Assembly: GCA_048213135.1 (NCBI GenBank)
Contig: PS015773.1
Span: 1,588-35,060, forward strand
Source of the DNA: Reclinomonas americana ATCC 50394
Taxonomy: Eukaryota
DNA length: 33,473 bases
Direction of reading: 5' to 3'
Position numbers and translations under genes: made by a program. This document shows positions 10,279 to 23,000 of the stretch, piece after piece. The notes under the pieces are model-generated. The model saw only the letters and a program-made list of their open reading frames with translations. It was not told the origin of the DNA and ran no database searches. Every line of letters begins with the position of its first letter. Position 1 is the first letter of the stretch.

Positions 10279-13200
10279 ATGGCTTCTGCCTCGCAAGCTC
10301 ACCCGCACGTCGACGAGGTCGACGCCGAGGAGGAGAACCGCCGTTTGGTGGAGGTTCGTCACTGCACACTCACACACACGCTCGCACACACGCACACAGA
10401 CTGGCTTTTGTTGCATGCAACTACATGGAGCGAGATGAGAGACAACACACAGGCAGTTGTCGCGCAAGTGCCATCTTGGCCATGTTCCAAGTGACAAGTC
10501 ACACGCGCACTCTCTCCGCCTCTGTGTGTACTCACGCGTCTCTGCGCTTGCTCTTTCTCGTCGCTGCCCTCCTTGCCCACTGTGCGCGAGTTGCACTTTG
10601 CACGCTCTTGCATGCCTGTTCCATTTTCTTGTACGCGGAACATCTCACCGCCATGTGTGCGTCACCACTCACTCGCACGCGCTCACTCTCTTATTTCTCC
10701 ACCGCGCCTCCCTTCTCGGCATTCCACCTCCTTGTAACTTGCGCGCTCGCTCTCTTTCTCCACGCGCCACTTGCTTTCCACTCGAGTTCTATTTTGGTCA
10801 CTTGTTTTCTCATGTTTCGACAACAGGATGCCCAGTCGCGCATGGCTGCGGCTTTTGGTCGCGAGGCCATCCTCGCCCTCAAGAGCGCCAAGTACATTGT
10901 GTCGGGCCTGAACGGCGTGGGCGCAGAAGTCGGTATGTAAACGACTTGCGCCAAAGAGCAGGTTCCGAGTCTACCTTCTCACGTGCTGCTGTGACACAGC
11001 CAAGAACATCATGCTGACTCGCATCGACACCATTGTGCTGCATGACACGCGCCCGACCACGTTCATGGATCTCTCGTCGCAGGTACCCCCCTGTACTGCT
11101 GCTCAAACACGCACAATCACACTCTCACGTATGCCTCTCTTGTCTCCTCGCACGCACACAGTTTGCGCTGTCGGAGCACGACATTGGCAAGAACCGCGCC
11201 GAGGCCTGCTTCACTCGCATGCACGAGCTCAACCCGGCCATCAACGCTCACCTCGGTGCGTGCCACTGCATCCGCTGCCGTTCCGATCTCCTTTTTCTTA
11301 CACTTTCTTGTGTGCAGAGACTGGCGACCTGTTCGACTTCCTGAAGAAGTCCGAGAACCTGCACCCAGACGGCCGCTCCATCTACGACTGCCTGGTGGTG
11401 CGTGCCACTGTCCCTTGCACCTGCCTGGTCTCTTTTCCATTGTTGCTCACGTTGTATGTCACAGATCTGCGACACCAACATTGATGCCGACCTGCTGGCG
11501 CTCACCGACTGGTGCCACAGCAAGGGCCTGAAGGTGGTGATTGCACTGTCGCGCGGTGAGTGATAATGCTGGCTTGAGGCCAGAGAGGAAAAATGGATGA
11601 TGCTGAGTGGGGGCATGCACACACAGGTCCGTTTGCCATGCTGTTTGCGGACTTTGGCCACGGATTTGTGTGCAACGATCTGAACGGCGAGGAGTTCCAG
11701 GAGCTCCCCGTGCAGATGATTGTTGCGTTGTGTGTGTGTGCTCACAAGCAGCTCGGATGTGTTCTGACAGCCACTCGGGGCGTGATTGCAGGAGGCCATC
11801 CCCGTGTACGACGAGGCCGGCCACCGTGTCGGACACAAGGGTGTGGTGCGCATCCGCGTGGCCGACGAAATCTGGAGCCACGGTCTGCAGGACGGCGACA
11901 CTGTGTCGTTCAAGGTGCTGTGTGTGTTGTGTTGTGTGTGGATTGCCTTCCAGTTGCTGACACTCGCTTGTGCAGAACGTCGACGGCATTGAGGGTCTGA
12001 ACGGCAATGAGTTCCAAGTCACCATCATTGACCGCACTGCGTTCTCGATCGGCATGATCCCGCACGAGGGCGAGTTTGGTGGCAGCGGCTTTGTCAAGGG
12101 TGTGAAGAAGCCGGTGCCGTTCTCCTTCGTTGCGTCGACTGCGAATGACCGCTTTCCGAGTTTGTGCGCGTGTTGCTGATTCTCTTCCTTGTTGTTATCA
12201 CAGCGTCCGCTCCGCGACGTGCTGCAGAACCCGGGCCCGATTGTGCAGTCGGATCTGATGAAGATGTTCTCGTGCAACTCGGAGTCGCTGCACTTTGGCT
12301 TCTTGGCACTGTCGCACTTTGTGGCCGAGAACGGTCGTCTGCCGACTCCGGGCAATGTGGCCGAGGCGGAGCGTGTGGTGCAAAAGGCGGAGACGATCTT
12401 TGCGGCCACTCGTGTGCAGTTTGTGCCGGGCTCGCCGCTCGTGCCGGTGCGCTCAGAGATGCCATTCGAGGAGGTGAACAAGGACCTGGTCCGCAAGCTG
12501 GCGCTGTACTCGCAGGGCAACTTGAACCCGATGGTGCGTCGCGATGAAGGATGGGAAGGAAAGAATGACGAGCGCTGAACTCCTTGCCCCCACAACAGGC
12601 TTCGGTGTTGGGAGCACTTGCGGCGCAGGAGGCACAAAAGGCGGTGACGAAGCGGTACCAGCCGCTGCACCAGATCATGTACCTGGACTTTGTGGAGGTG
12701 TTGCCGGAGGAGCCGCTGTCGGAGGCTGAGCTGGCACCGATTGGAAGCCGCTACGACGGACAGATTGCGGTGTTTGGCAAGGCTGCTCAGGAGCGCATTC
12801 TGCGTCAGAAGATCTTCATGGTCGGCGCTGGTGGTGAGTTTGTTGTGAGAAGGACAGAAGCGAGTGTTTCTGTTGCTCGCTTGCTGATTGGTGATGTGCT
12901 TGCTTCCTGCAGCTCTCGGTTGCGAGTATCTGAAGGACTTTGCGATGATGGGTGTGGGTTGCGGGTGCGTGTCACCGCTGTTTTGTACTCCTTGGTGCTG
13001 TGGACTCACTGCGTTTTTTTTTTTTTGTGGCCAGCGGCGGTGCCATCACGGTGACCGACATGGACACGATTGAGGTGTCGAACCTCAATCGCCAGTTCCT
13101 GTTCCGCAAGCAGCATGTCAACGTTGCGTGCTTTGTGTGCAAGTCGATCAGATCGCAGATGAGATGTTTTCTTATTTTATCTGTGGTTGCCTTCGCGATA

Positions 13201-13354
13201 TCAGAGCTACAAGGCTGCGGTTGCGTGCCAGCAAGCGAGCAACATGAACCCGAATATGCACACCACTGCGCTGCAGCAGATGGTGGCACCGGCCACTGAA
13301 GGTGCGTTGCAAATCCGCAGGCCTGTCTCTGTGACGTAGCCCTTGTGTCGTAAG

Positions 13355-13440
<86 letters not shown>

Positions 13441-13816
13441 CGTCGTCGTCGTTCGTCGTCGTCCGTCCGTCGGTAGGAGGACGAAGTAGTAGGTTGGTAG
13501 GTAGTACGTCGACGTACGACGGAACCGAACGTCGCGNNNNNNNNNNNNNNNNNNNNNNNNNNNNNNNNNNNNNNNNNNNNNNNNNNNNNNNNNNNNNNNN
13601 NNNNNNNNNNNNNNNNNNNNNNNNNNNNNNNNNNNNNNNNNNNNNNNNNNNNNNNNNNNNNNNNNNNNNNNNNNNNNNNNNNNNNNNNNNCGTACGCGTC
13701 GCGACGACGACGAGTAGGTGGTACGGACCGGACCGACCGACGTACGGTAGGTCGGTCGTACGTACGTACGACGACGTCGTCGTCGTCGTCGTGTACGTCG
13801 TCGTCGTAGTAGTTAG

Positions 13817-13894
<78 letters not shown>

Positions 13895-16658
13895 ATCAGG
13901 CCTGTTCGATCGCGCCTTCTGGGAGGACAAGGATATGGTGGTGAATGCACTGGACAACATCCAGGCTCGCCTGTACGTCGACGACCGCTGCGTGCAGTTC
14001 CGCAAGCCGCTCGTTGAGGCCGGCACGGAGGCCGTCAAGTGCAACTGGTGTGTGCATGCATTTTCCTGATGTTTTTTCCCTTATCCTTCGCTCACGAAGC
14101 CTTGGTGTGCACAGCTGTGTGAGTACACTGGCTGTTTGGGAGTGTGTCCAGCGTGTCGTGGCTGGCAGTGTCTCACACCACCACTTTCTCGTGTCCGCTG
14201 TGCAGATTGTGATTCCGGGCTTCTCGGTCAACTACGGCTTCCATCGCGAGATTGACCCGCCAAAGGCCAAGAAGTGCACTGTGACCAACTTCCCTGTGCG
14301 TAACTTGCTTGTGTGGGTGTAACTTGATTGTGCGTAACATGCTGAATTTCGCTGTTGTCTTGTGCGCAGTACGTGCGTCATTGAATAACCCCGGCACCTG
14401 TATTACCAAGCGAACGACTCACATTTGTTTTTTCCCCTCCTTGTTCTTGATTGCATACAGCTGGTGAGTTGGCCCAAGTGTTGCGCGCTGGTCCTGTCAC
14501 GTGTTGCTTAGTTAACCCTTCCACTCGCAGATCGAGCACTGCATCCAGTACGCGCGCGAGATCACGTTCCAGAAGCTGTTTGTGGACTGCCCGGAGGCTG
14601 TGGCCGAGTACCGCAACAACCCGCAGGCCTTCCTGGACAAGGTCAAGGAGATGCCGGAGACGGAGAAAGTCGATGTTGCGTTGAGGCGATCTGTATGTCG
14701 GAGTCGACGGGAAGATACTGATGTGGTGGTGCGTCGCAGGTTGCCCGCAAGCTGGCTGGCATTCTGAGCGCCGAGAACCGCTGCGCCTCTCTGGAGGACT
14801 GCGTGGCGTGGGCGCGCAACCTGTACGAGGAGGAGTTTGTACACTCGGCGTTCCAGTGGCACTCGCTGTACCCTCGTGATGCCAAGAACCGTGACGGTGA
14901 GTGCATTGCCTGCCATGTGAGTTGATGACTTGCTTACTCGGGGCATTATTGCAGGCACGCCGTTCTGGGGTGGCGTCAAGACGTACCCGACGGAGCAGCG
15001 ATTCGACCCGGCAAACCCGCTGCACGTGCAGTTCCTGGTGCGCGACAATCTATTGTTGGCTTGTTGCAGTTGCCCTGCTCATCCCCGGTTGGTGCACAGG
15101 TGACGGCGACTGCGCTGCGCGCCAAGACTCTCGGCATTGCTGTGCCGTCGGAGTTCCGTCTGGATAGCCGCCGTGGAAAGGCGCTGGTGCTGGAGATCGC
15201 CTCGCGCGTCAACGTGAAGGCGTTCAGCAACTCGGCGGTTTGTAAAGCGTGTGGTGGTGGCGCGTGTGTGCCAAGTTCCTCACACCAGTGGGTGAATACG
15301 ATGAGCAGAAGGCATCGACCGACGGTGAGGACGAGTCGAACGTGTCGCTGGTGCAGGAGTTCGACCCGAACGCCGTGCTGAGCTCGCTCCCGTCGCCGAG
15401 CGACATCTCGCCGTCGGTGACCGCCGATGAGTTCGAGAAGGACAACGACCTCAACTACCACGTGGACTTCCTGATGGCCGTGTCCAACATTCGTGCCATC
15501 ATGTACCGCATCGACACGGTGGACCGCCTGAAGATCAAGCTCGTCGCCGGTCGTGTGATTCCGGCCATTGTGACGAGCACGGCTCTGATCTGCGGCTACG
15601 CGAGCTTTGAGATGCTGAAGGTGTGTGTGGATTTTCGGATGAGATTGCACTGAACTTGTCGGTTGGCTGACTGCTGGGTGCAGATCTGGTCTGGCCGGCC
15701 AAACTCGGCGATTCGCGAGTCGACGGTTAACCTCGGCACGCTGATGTTCACCGTGCAGGAGCCGATGGAGGCGCCGAAGGTGAGAGTGTCTATTGTGTGT
15801 GCCTGCTTTCTTCGGAGCGGTAGGGTGATGACTGATTGACGTGCTTTGTTCAACGTGCAGTGGAGCTACAAGGGTGCGAGTGGCGACCACACGTTCACGC
15901 TGTGGGACAGCGTGCATGTGGACGCGCGTGGTCTGACGCTGAAGCAGGTTTGTCGTTGGCGTCGCTCTCTTCGCTGTTGCATTGTGTCTGTCGCTCTCCT
16001 CGCGGTTGCTCTGTGTCTCTGTCACTCTCTTCGCTGCTGCATTGTGTTTCCGTCGCTCTCCTTGCTGTTGCTCTGTGTTTCTGTCGCTCTCCTCGCTGCT
16101 GCTCTTGTGTCTCTGTCGCTCTCCTTGCGGTTGCTCCGTGTCTCTGTCGCTCTCCTTGCGGTTGCTCCGTGTCTCTATCGCTCTCTTTGCTGTTGCTCCG
16201 TGTCTCTGTCGCTCTCCTCGCTGCTGCTCTGTGTCCCTGTCGCTCTTCTGCACACAGGCGTTCTCACCAATGCTATTCATTCCTGGCAGTTCTTGGACAA
16301 GATGAAGGCGGAGCAGGAGCTGAACATCGAGACAATCTCGGTGGTGCGACAGGACTACGTGGTGTGGTTTGGTGCTCGCGGGGCGCTGGACAAGCCGCTG
16401 CTTGAGCTCGTGGAGAATATCGTGAAGAAGAACAAGCTGCACGTGGACCCGTCTGGCATTATCGAGTTCCTGGTGTCGGCACCGTTGCGTAGTAGCCGTC
16501 GGCACCGCGCATGGTGAATCGATTTTGTCTCACTCACGCGCGCGTGGTGATGTTACTGCAGTGATGGCTCCGTGGTGAAGAAGCTGGATCAGGAGGGCAA
16601 GGAGTACGAGGAGGACGGACCGGAGCATCTGCCAAAGATCTTTGTGCGCGTGCACTGA
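10279..16658 (+). CDS. Divergent ubiquitin-like modifier-activating enzyme E1 (UBA1/UBA6 architecture), >20 introns
   Basis: The spliced product has the inactive adenylation domain (SGLNGVGAEVAKNIML, IGKNRAEA, ELNP) and FCCH (HGLQDGDTVSF). The active adenylation domain includes SRYDGQIAVFG, MVGAGALGCEYLK, TDMDTIEVSNLNRQFLFR and NALDNIQARLYVDDRCV. The catalytic Cys lies in KCTVTNFP-YL-IEHCIQYAR, followed by FEKDND and AGRVIPAIVTSTA and a C-terminal UFD (FTLWD). ATG at 10279, TGA at 16656-16658. Confidence 0.93.
13359..13893. repeat. (GT)n microsatellite in an E1 intron, interrupted by low-quality read tails and an N gap (13537-13690)
   Basis: GT tracts lie on both sides of the gap. The flanking E1 exons join in phase (..ATE G|LFDRAFW), so no exon appears to be missing. 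Confidence 0.85.
14115..14118 (+). other. Probable 4-nt microexon (CTGT) of the E1 gene
   Basis: Context cacag|CTGT|gtgagt with flanking introns of 67 and 87 nt, giving KCN-CC-IVIP. A single-intron alternative (KCN-WC-IVIP) also keeps frame. Confidence 0.6.
14370..14463 (+). other. Two tandem 3-nt microexons of the E1 gene: TAC (14370-14372) and CTG (14461-14463)
   Basis: Contexts gcgcag|TAC|gtgcgt and atacag|CTG|gtgagt; introns of 74, 88 and 67 nt. They restore the E1 spacing NFP-x-x-IEH. Confidence 0.85.
15961..16250. repeat. ~30-nt period minisatellite (consensus ~GTCGCTCTCCTCGCTGTTGCTCTGTGTCTCT), about 10 copies, in an E1 intron
   Basis: GTCGCTCTC recurs about every 30 nt between the donor at 15948 and the acceptor at 16289. 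Confidence 0.9.
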
Positions 16659-17072
16659 GCGCACCTGTCGATGCGGTTCGAGGGGGTACTTTGAATGAAG
16701 GAGTGAAACGACTTTCCATCATTTGTTGGGGTAAGGGGAAGTTGGGAAAGGGGACTTGGAGCAGCTGACGTCGATCGTTCTGCAAAGTATAGAAGAAACA
16801 GAGGGAGGAGGAGACCAAAGAGAAGGAGAAGAAGAAGAAAAAATGTTTGGTTCGTAGATCGGTGCGCGTTGTCGTCGATCGATTTTTAATGCATGTGACG
16901 ATGACGATGACGGGCACGACAGCAGCTGTCTCGATCTACAGGCCTGTTGTGGAGAGTTGCCGAGGGTAGTCGAAGAGATAGATGGAGAGAGAGTGAGAGA
17001 GGAGGAGGGGGAGAATCTGTGAGGTGTTGCGTGCCTGGGTTCGTGGTCGATCAAACTTCCCAGTCCAGCATT

Positions 17073-20000
17073 TCATCGGTCCAACATGGTGGGCCATGCA
17101 GGCGCCGACGCCCCGTCCATTTCCGAGGCGAGTTGGTTGGACGCGAGGAGTGTGTGCTGCGAACCACCGACTGTTGCTCCACAGTCGGGACAGTGGCTGG
17201 TTTGCATGGCCCCGCCGCACTCGCCGATAAAGTACGGATGTCCGTTGGGGCACTTGAACCAGTGTCCCGCCGCCGACGAACCACCCAGCTCCTGTCGCAT
17301 GGCGGCCACGATCATCTGTCGTTCCTCCTCGGACAAGCGTTTTGTTACGTCTTTCAGAGCTTCCAGGCCTTCGTACCTCGGATTCAATTCTTGCAGCTGC
17401 GAGAAAGTCGTCAGCGACTGTCAACTGTACAGAAGAAAGCAAAACGCGAGCAGACGGACGCAACAAAACGAAGCAGTCGCTTTGCTTTGTCAACGTTGGC
17501 ATGTTGTCCAGACGACTCCATGACAATCCAGTGGTGCAGGGCGCGACAACGGTGCTCCACCATCACTTGATCGTCAGCCGCCACACGCTGCAGCCGAAGC
17601 AGGTGGTGAGTGAGCGACAAGTGCTCGCCGAAATGAATACCGCTACACACCTCGTACTCTGTGGCGGCATCGACGCGACGGTTCGCCCGTTGATACGCCT
17701 CGGCCAGTTGTAGGCGTGCATCGTGGTGGCTCGGAAGCATGTCCAGAACTCGCTGGAAGTTTTCGATGGCCACCTTCAAGTTGTTTCTGCACACCTCGCT
17801 GTTATTTTCAAGTCGCCTACTCTCACACATTTCGTGAACTGTAATGCGCAACGAATCCAGTGCCGCAAAGCCGGCTGCCATACAACGCTTGCTGTTGAGA
17901 CGACGCTTGACTTTGTCAATGTCGTCCAGCGCGTGCCGAATCGTGGTTGAGTACCGAAGTGTGCGACGCACCGATGCCTGCGGTCACCAGCATCAGAGAC
18001 TAAAGTAGCAGTGGGCACGAGCAAAAGAAGCACATTGGCACGCAACTCGGCAGCTCGGACACTTTGGGAATCCGATTGCCTTGTGCTCCGACGCATCGGG
18101 ATCGTCCTGTTGCAATCCTTTCATGTACTCGTCGAGGCCGGTAACCTCGAAGACGTGATGACAGTCGACAAGCTCGACAAACAGTGCGTCTCCATCAAAC
18201 TGCATCCATGCGGACAGGTGTCAGCATAACACGAAAACAAGCGTCGCAGACGACAACCGCGTACTTCAGAGAGAGGCATCATGTGAATCGGCTCCTCCAT
18301 GTCACCGTTACAGATGCGACACGCTCGCGGACATGGTTCGCCACACACACCAATACACGTATGACCACACTCAAGGACCTCCTGCGATGGTACGTGTCAA
18401 ACCGGATGAAAGCATAGAGGATCGATTGGTATATATATATCTATAGCATACGAACCGCGCAGGGACGCATACATGGCGGCCGATCGCACGGGTCACTGCA
18501 CAGTTGGTGACAGGCATGGTGGTCGCAGTGGTACGCACACGGTTCGCCACATGGCACGCAGATGTCGCCGCACGCCTTCTGGCATCGCGAGTGCACACAG
18601 AAGTTTTCACATGGCAGAGCGCATGGCGGGCAGTCGTCGCAGCATTTCTGTCAATCGATGTGAGATACTTAGTTGCAAAAGCGCGCCCGACAGCGCAAGA
18701 AGCTAATAACGCAACCGACTGACACTTGTGGCCGCACAGAAGGTACCGCTTGCACGGCTCAGTGCACGGTACATGCTGACGACTACCATGACACTTGCCA
18801 CACGTCCCCGCACACGAATGACCACATCGCTCCAGCACGTGTCGACAGGGCTCACGACACTCGATTTTTTCGAGCGGCACTGAGCACGCCACGTAGGCCG
18901 TGTGTCCACACGGAAGCAGTCGGCGCACGTTGTGCCCGCAAGGCGTGCACTCCTCGCTGCACTTGCTCTGCATGATGATAACCCACTGTGAGCATTGCGC
19001 GCACAGCGACTGCCAACCGCTATTGCACAGACTGCTGAAACACACCTGGCACTGATGTCCGCAGGAGAGGATCTTCGGACACAGATGTTGACACTTGTCG
19101 AATTCTGCTGGGTCAAGGTGGCACGGAATTGGCTGGGTGTGTCCGCACGAAGGGATGACCTTGTCGACCAGTTCCATACACTTGCCCTCAAATACGGCCT
19201 TTGCAGTCGGGCATGGCACGGAGACTCTAAGAAGCGCAGATGGCATGTGCTGTGGGAAGAGGGGAAACAACGCCAACGATCGAAAAAACCAACAGACTCA
19301 CCGGTGCCCAGCCGGACAACTGCGCGGAATCACAATCCGATTCTTTGTGCACGGATAGGACTCGCACGATGCAGCGTGGCAGCACAGCGTGCACATGTGA
19401 CCACATTCTCGTCGCCCACCGCACGGTAACTTGCAGCCGCCGAGAATCACGTCATCAAAATCACGCGGTTTGCTGACCGACGTGACGTTCTCTGCAACAC
19501 GAATGTGAGCAAAAAGCACGCATGGGGCACCCTACAAACAAACGACATGTTCCAAACCTGGATGGTGGTGACATTGCAGAGACAGCGCAGGTCCACACGC
19601 ATGTTGCTCGTCCAGATCGCGGAATACTTGCCGCCACAGACCGCAACCCTGCGCCTTCGACAACAACTTGCGGTTGCCGATCACGTACATGGCTGCGTTT
19701 GCGCCGACAACAAGAATGAGAACACCTCCATCGCAAGATACTGAGCACCGCAAGTACTGCAGACTGTACCATGTCGGGCGCGAGAGAGCGCGACACAGAT
19801 GCGGTTCTCGATCTTGACGAATCCAGTGACGCCTTCCATGTTGGATCGAACAAGTGACAACAGGATAATATCGTTCTCCTCGCCCTGGTAATCGTCGATC
19901 GTGGACACACGAACATGTTGAATGTCAGACGTGCCGGGAGTGTTCGCACGAGGGCGGCGGAGCGCATCCTTGAGCTCCATCACTTGTCCCGTATCTGCGA

Positions 20001-23000
20001 CAACAACACACTTAGTTGAGGCGCGGAAAACACTCTTGAGTAGTACCCTCACGCAACAAGTAGTCAGCAAAGTGATGCGGTCGGCCGTGTAGTCGCCTTG
20101 CTGCAAGATATAGCAGCAAAGTCGCACCAAGAACTCGGCCTCGTGAGGGTTCTTCTTGCTGCCCTCTCCGGTCTCCTGGTGCTCGTGCGTCACGAAATAG
20201 AGATTACAGGAAATGCCGCGGACAGACGGGTACTCCAACACGGACTCGTGATCCGTGAGTCGCGGATAGATGGGTCGCACCAACCTGCGCAATGTGCAAT
20301 GGGCACCAACACACCCTCCTAACAAAACACACACGCAAGTACGAACCGACTGATCTCCGGACGCATACGATGCTGATTGGACAGAGTCACGTGTCTGTGA
20401 CCGGCTGCCACGAGGCGTTCTGCGCGCGTTTGAGACCGTCATCAAATTGAGTCAGTTCCAGAATATTGCACGAAGCAAGCGAGAAACTCACCAAACAGGG
20501 AGACATCGTGCTTGTGAACGCGAGAGAGGTGGTAGTCGGCAGCATGAGGTCTTGCAGACATGAAATGTCAGCGCTTGACAAAGAACGGTGTGCACAAGAA
20601 GAGAGCAAACCGAAGTTGCTTGTGGTCGCCGATTAGCACACATTGCTGAACACTGCTGAAAAGAGAGCAGACGGCATGCGCTTCAAAGATTTCAGCAGCC
20701 TCCTCGACAATCACCACGGACGGCGATATCTCGTCACTTGACAACAAACTCGCGTACTTAGCAGCAGCTGCAAGCAACTCAATACTCTCAGCAAAACAAC
20801 CCAAACCCACTGTGCAGTCAACGTGACAAACCAGTCGTGGTCATGGCAATCACTTTGGCGGAAGCCATAGCTCTGCACATTTGCACGCACACAGAGAGTG
20901 CAACAGTGAATTTGAGAGACCAGGTGTCATCGTCATCTTGTTGTCACACGAAACTCAATGTCACGCTCCATGTTCAGCTCTTCCAGCTGGTGTTGCGCGT
21001 CGAGGTACCGTTGATTGTAGTCGTCGATTAGCGGACGCAGTACGTCCATCATGACTTGCTGACGCAGTTGACGATGCAAGACCTTGCGAACGACAGGCGA
21101 GAGCTGCCAGAGATCGTCGACACCAGCGAAATCTACGTTGGCAGCAGGGGCGGCATCAGAATCCAGCTGTGAAAACTCTCCGACAACATCATCAACGTAA
21201 CCAGTTTCCATCATCAGCTTGACGGCTTCGACTGCCTCGGCTTCGGCTTCGGCTATGGAGGGAAACACAATCAACAACAGAAAGTCGGCAAGGCATTATT
21301 CATCTTCAGCCGTTCGGTACCTTGCAGATCCGCAGGAACTGTACAGTGACGACCAACATCAGCGACGAATGCAAAACAACACCAAAGAAAGGCGCAAGAA
21401 ACATGACAAACCATCGCCTGGAGCTTCTCTCGACACCGCTGCGACCGGAGCGACATGTGGGTGCGATGTATGAAAACAGGAGACAGAACAAGAACAACCC
21501 CTCTTACCGTCGTCGTTCGCCTCCGCTTGCTGCAGTGCAAGCTCAAAGTCTGCAAACTTGCGATCCGAGAACTGTTCCACATCGCGGTCGTACCAGCCAT
21601 CGTCATCACCGTCGTCATAATCGTCATCATCGTCAAAGGCTTTCGGAATGATGGTGAAAGCGCGCTCACATCGACGATAGTCAGCGGCCAGCTCCCGAGC
21701 CTTGTCTGGCGAATACCCGAGCCATTGTGCGACGATGGCCATTTCGTCCATCGACTGCGGCCGACCACGCTTCTTGGAAAGAATCTGTTGGCCTCGCTGA
21801 ACAAAGTACTGTCGAAGGTCCGATGGAATTCGGGCATGCTCCAAATCGCACACCGGAAAAACGTACAGCGAGGCCAAGACCTGTATCTGCTCCTCCAGTT
21901 GCTTGGACATCTGACGCAGTTCGTACATGGTCTTCCCGCGACGACCCGTAAGCTTCACCTGCCGTACCGCTTCCATCAGAGTGTACGGCTTCAGGCGCTC
22001 GCTTCGCGACCGGCCACCAATTCGAATCACGCTGGTTGTAGTGTCCAGAATCGCCTCCAGGAACTGATCGATTGCGTGATTGGTGTAGCACACGCACAGG
22101 ATTGGCCGATTTCGCAGGTTGACCGCACGATCCGTGCCCTCCGAGTTGGCCAGCAGCAGTCGAGTGAGAACGAGGCCGATGTACGTCTTGCCGGTGCCAG
22201 GTGGGCCTTGAATCAGTGGCATCTGAGAATTGAAGCACAACTGCAGCGCAGCAAGTTGACTGGGGTCGAGACCAAGTGGAAGGTCCAACCACGTCGGCTG
22301 CCGCGGATTGTGTCGACGGCGGGCAGAGGGGACTAGCGCTCGGTTCTCGGGAGACATCTGAAAACACGGCGTGTTGACCGGTCAGTCAACCTCTCAAATA
22401 AAAAGTATTCAATTGACAACGAGCGCCCGCACCAGAGTTGAGAAGTCCATTGGCGCGGCAATCAGGTAGCCAGGCGGATGTTGGTCATCGACCGAAGCCA
22501 ACAAGTACGGATAGAAGAGTTGAATGTCGTTCAACATGGCCCTCGACTGCAGTCTACGCAGTACGTGCACCGAGGCCTCGAAGTAGCTGCTGGTGGACTC
22601 GACCTGTGAACAGAATAGTTACATGAATACGAGGTCGGCAAATCATCACACTCTTCGCGTTCCGTACCATCGTAAGAGTCTCAACATCGGCACAAGGCAA
22701 CACGAGATCACCACCGGTGACTCCAAGGATCTGCAAATCGACATCCTCGCCCTTGCAACGAGTCACTACTCCACAAATGACGTGCTCCTCAAAGCGGTCG
22801 GCGCTCAACGCGACGAGAGACCCGCCCTTCAACAGATCGCGCTCAGGGCCCTTCTTCGGTCGATTCGTCTGCTTCTTCTTCGACTGGTTTCCTTGCACAA
22901 TCTTGAAGTGGTAGCACAAGCCCACGCGTTGCACCAGAGTCGGTCCTGTGCAGACAACGCGGTCGAAGACGCGCAAGCTGCGTGGAGGTCGGCGGTTGGC

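Noticed and set aside
10354-10827. Long first intron of E1 as a possible snoRNA host
   Set aside because: I found no convincing C/D or H/ACA box arrangement or terminal stem by eye; a covariance-model search would be needed.
13438-13817. Odd CGT/ACG/TACG-rich, quasi-symmetrical sequence around the N gap
   Set aside because: It looks like degraded pyrosequencing read tails after a (GT)n tract (TACG flow-order pattern). The E1 exons on either side join correctly, so it is probably an artefact rather than an element.
15961-16250. Regular ~30-nt repeats resembling a CRISPR array
   Set aside because: These are head-to-tail degenerate units with no unique spacers, inside a eukaryotic intron, with no cas genes: a minisatellite.
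11459-16505. Long minus-strand ORFs (516 aa at 11459-13009, 509 aa at 14976-16505) and the + ORF at 21455-22336
   Set aside because: They are antisense shadows of GC-rich coding exons of E1 or ZNFX1, with no recognisable motifs.
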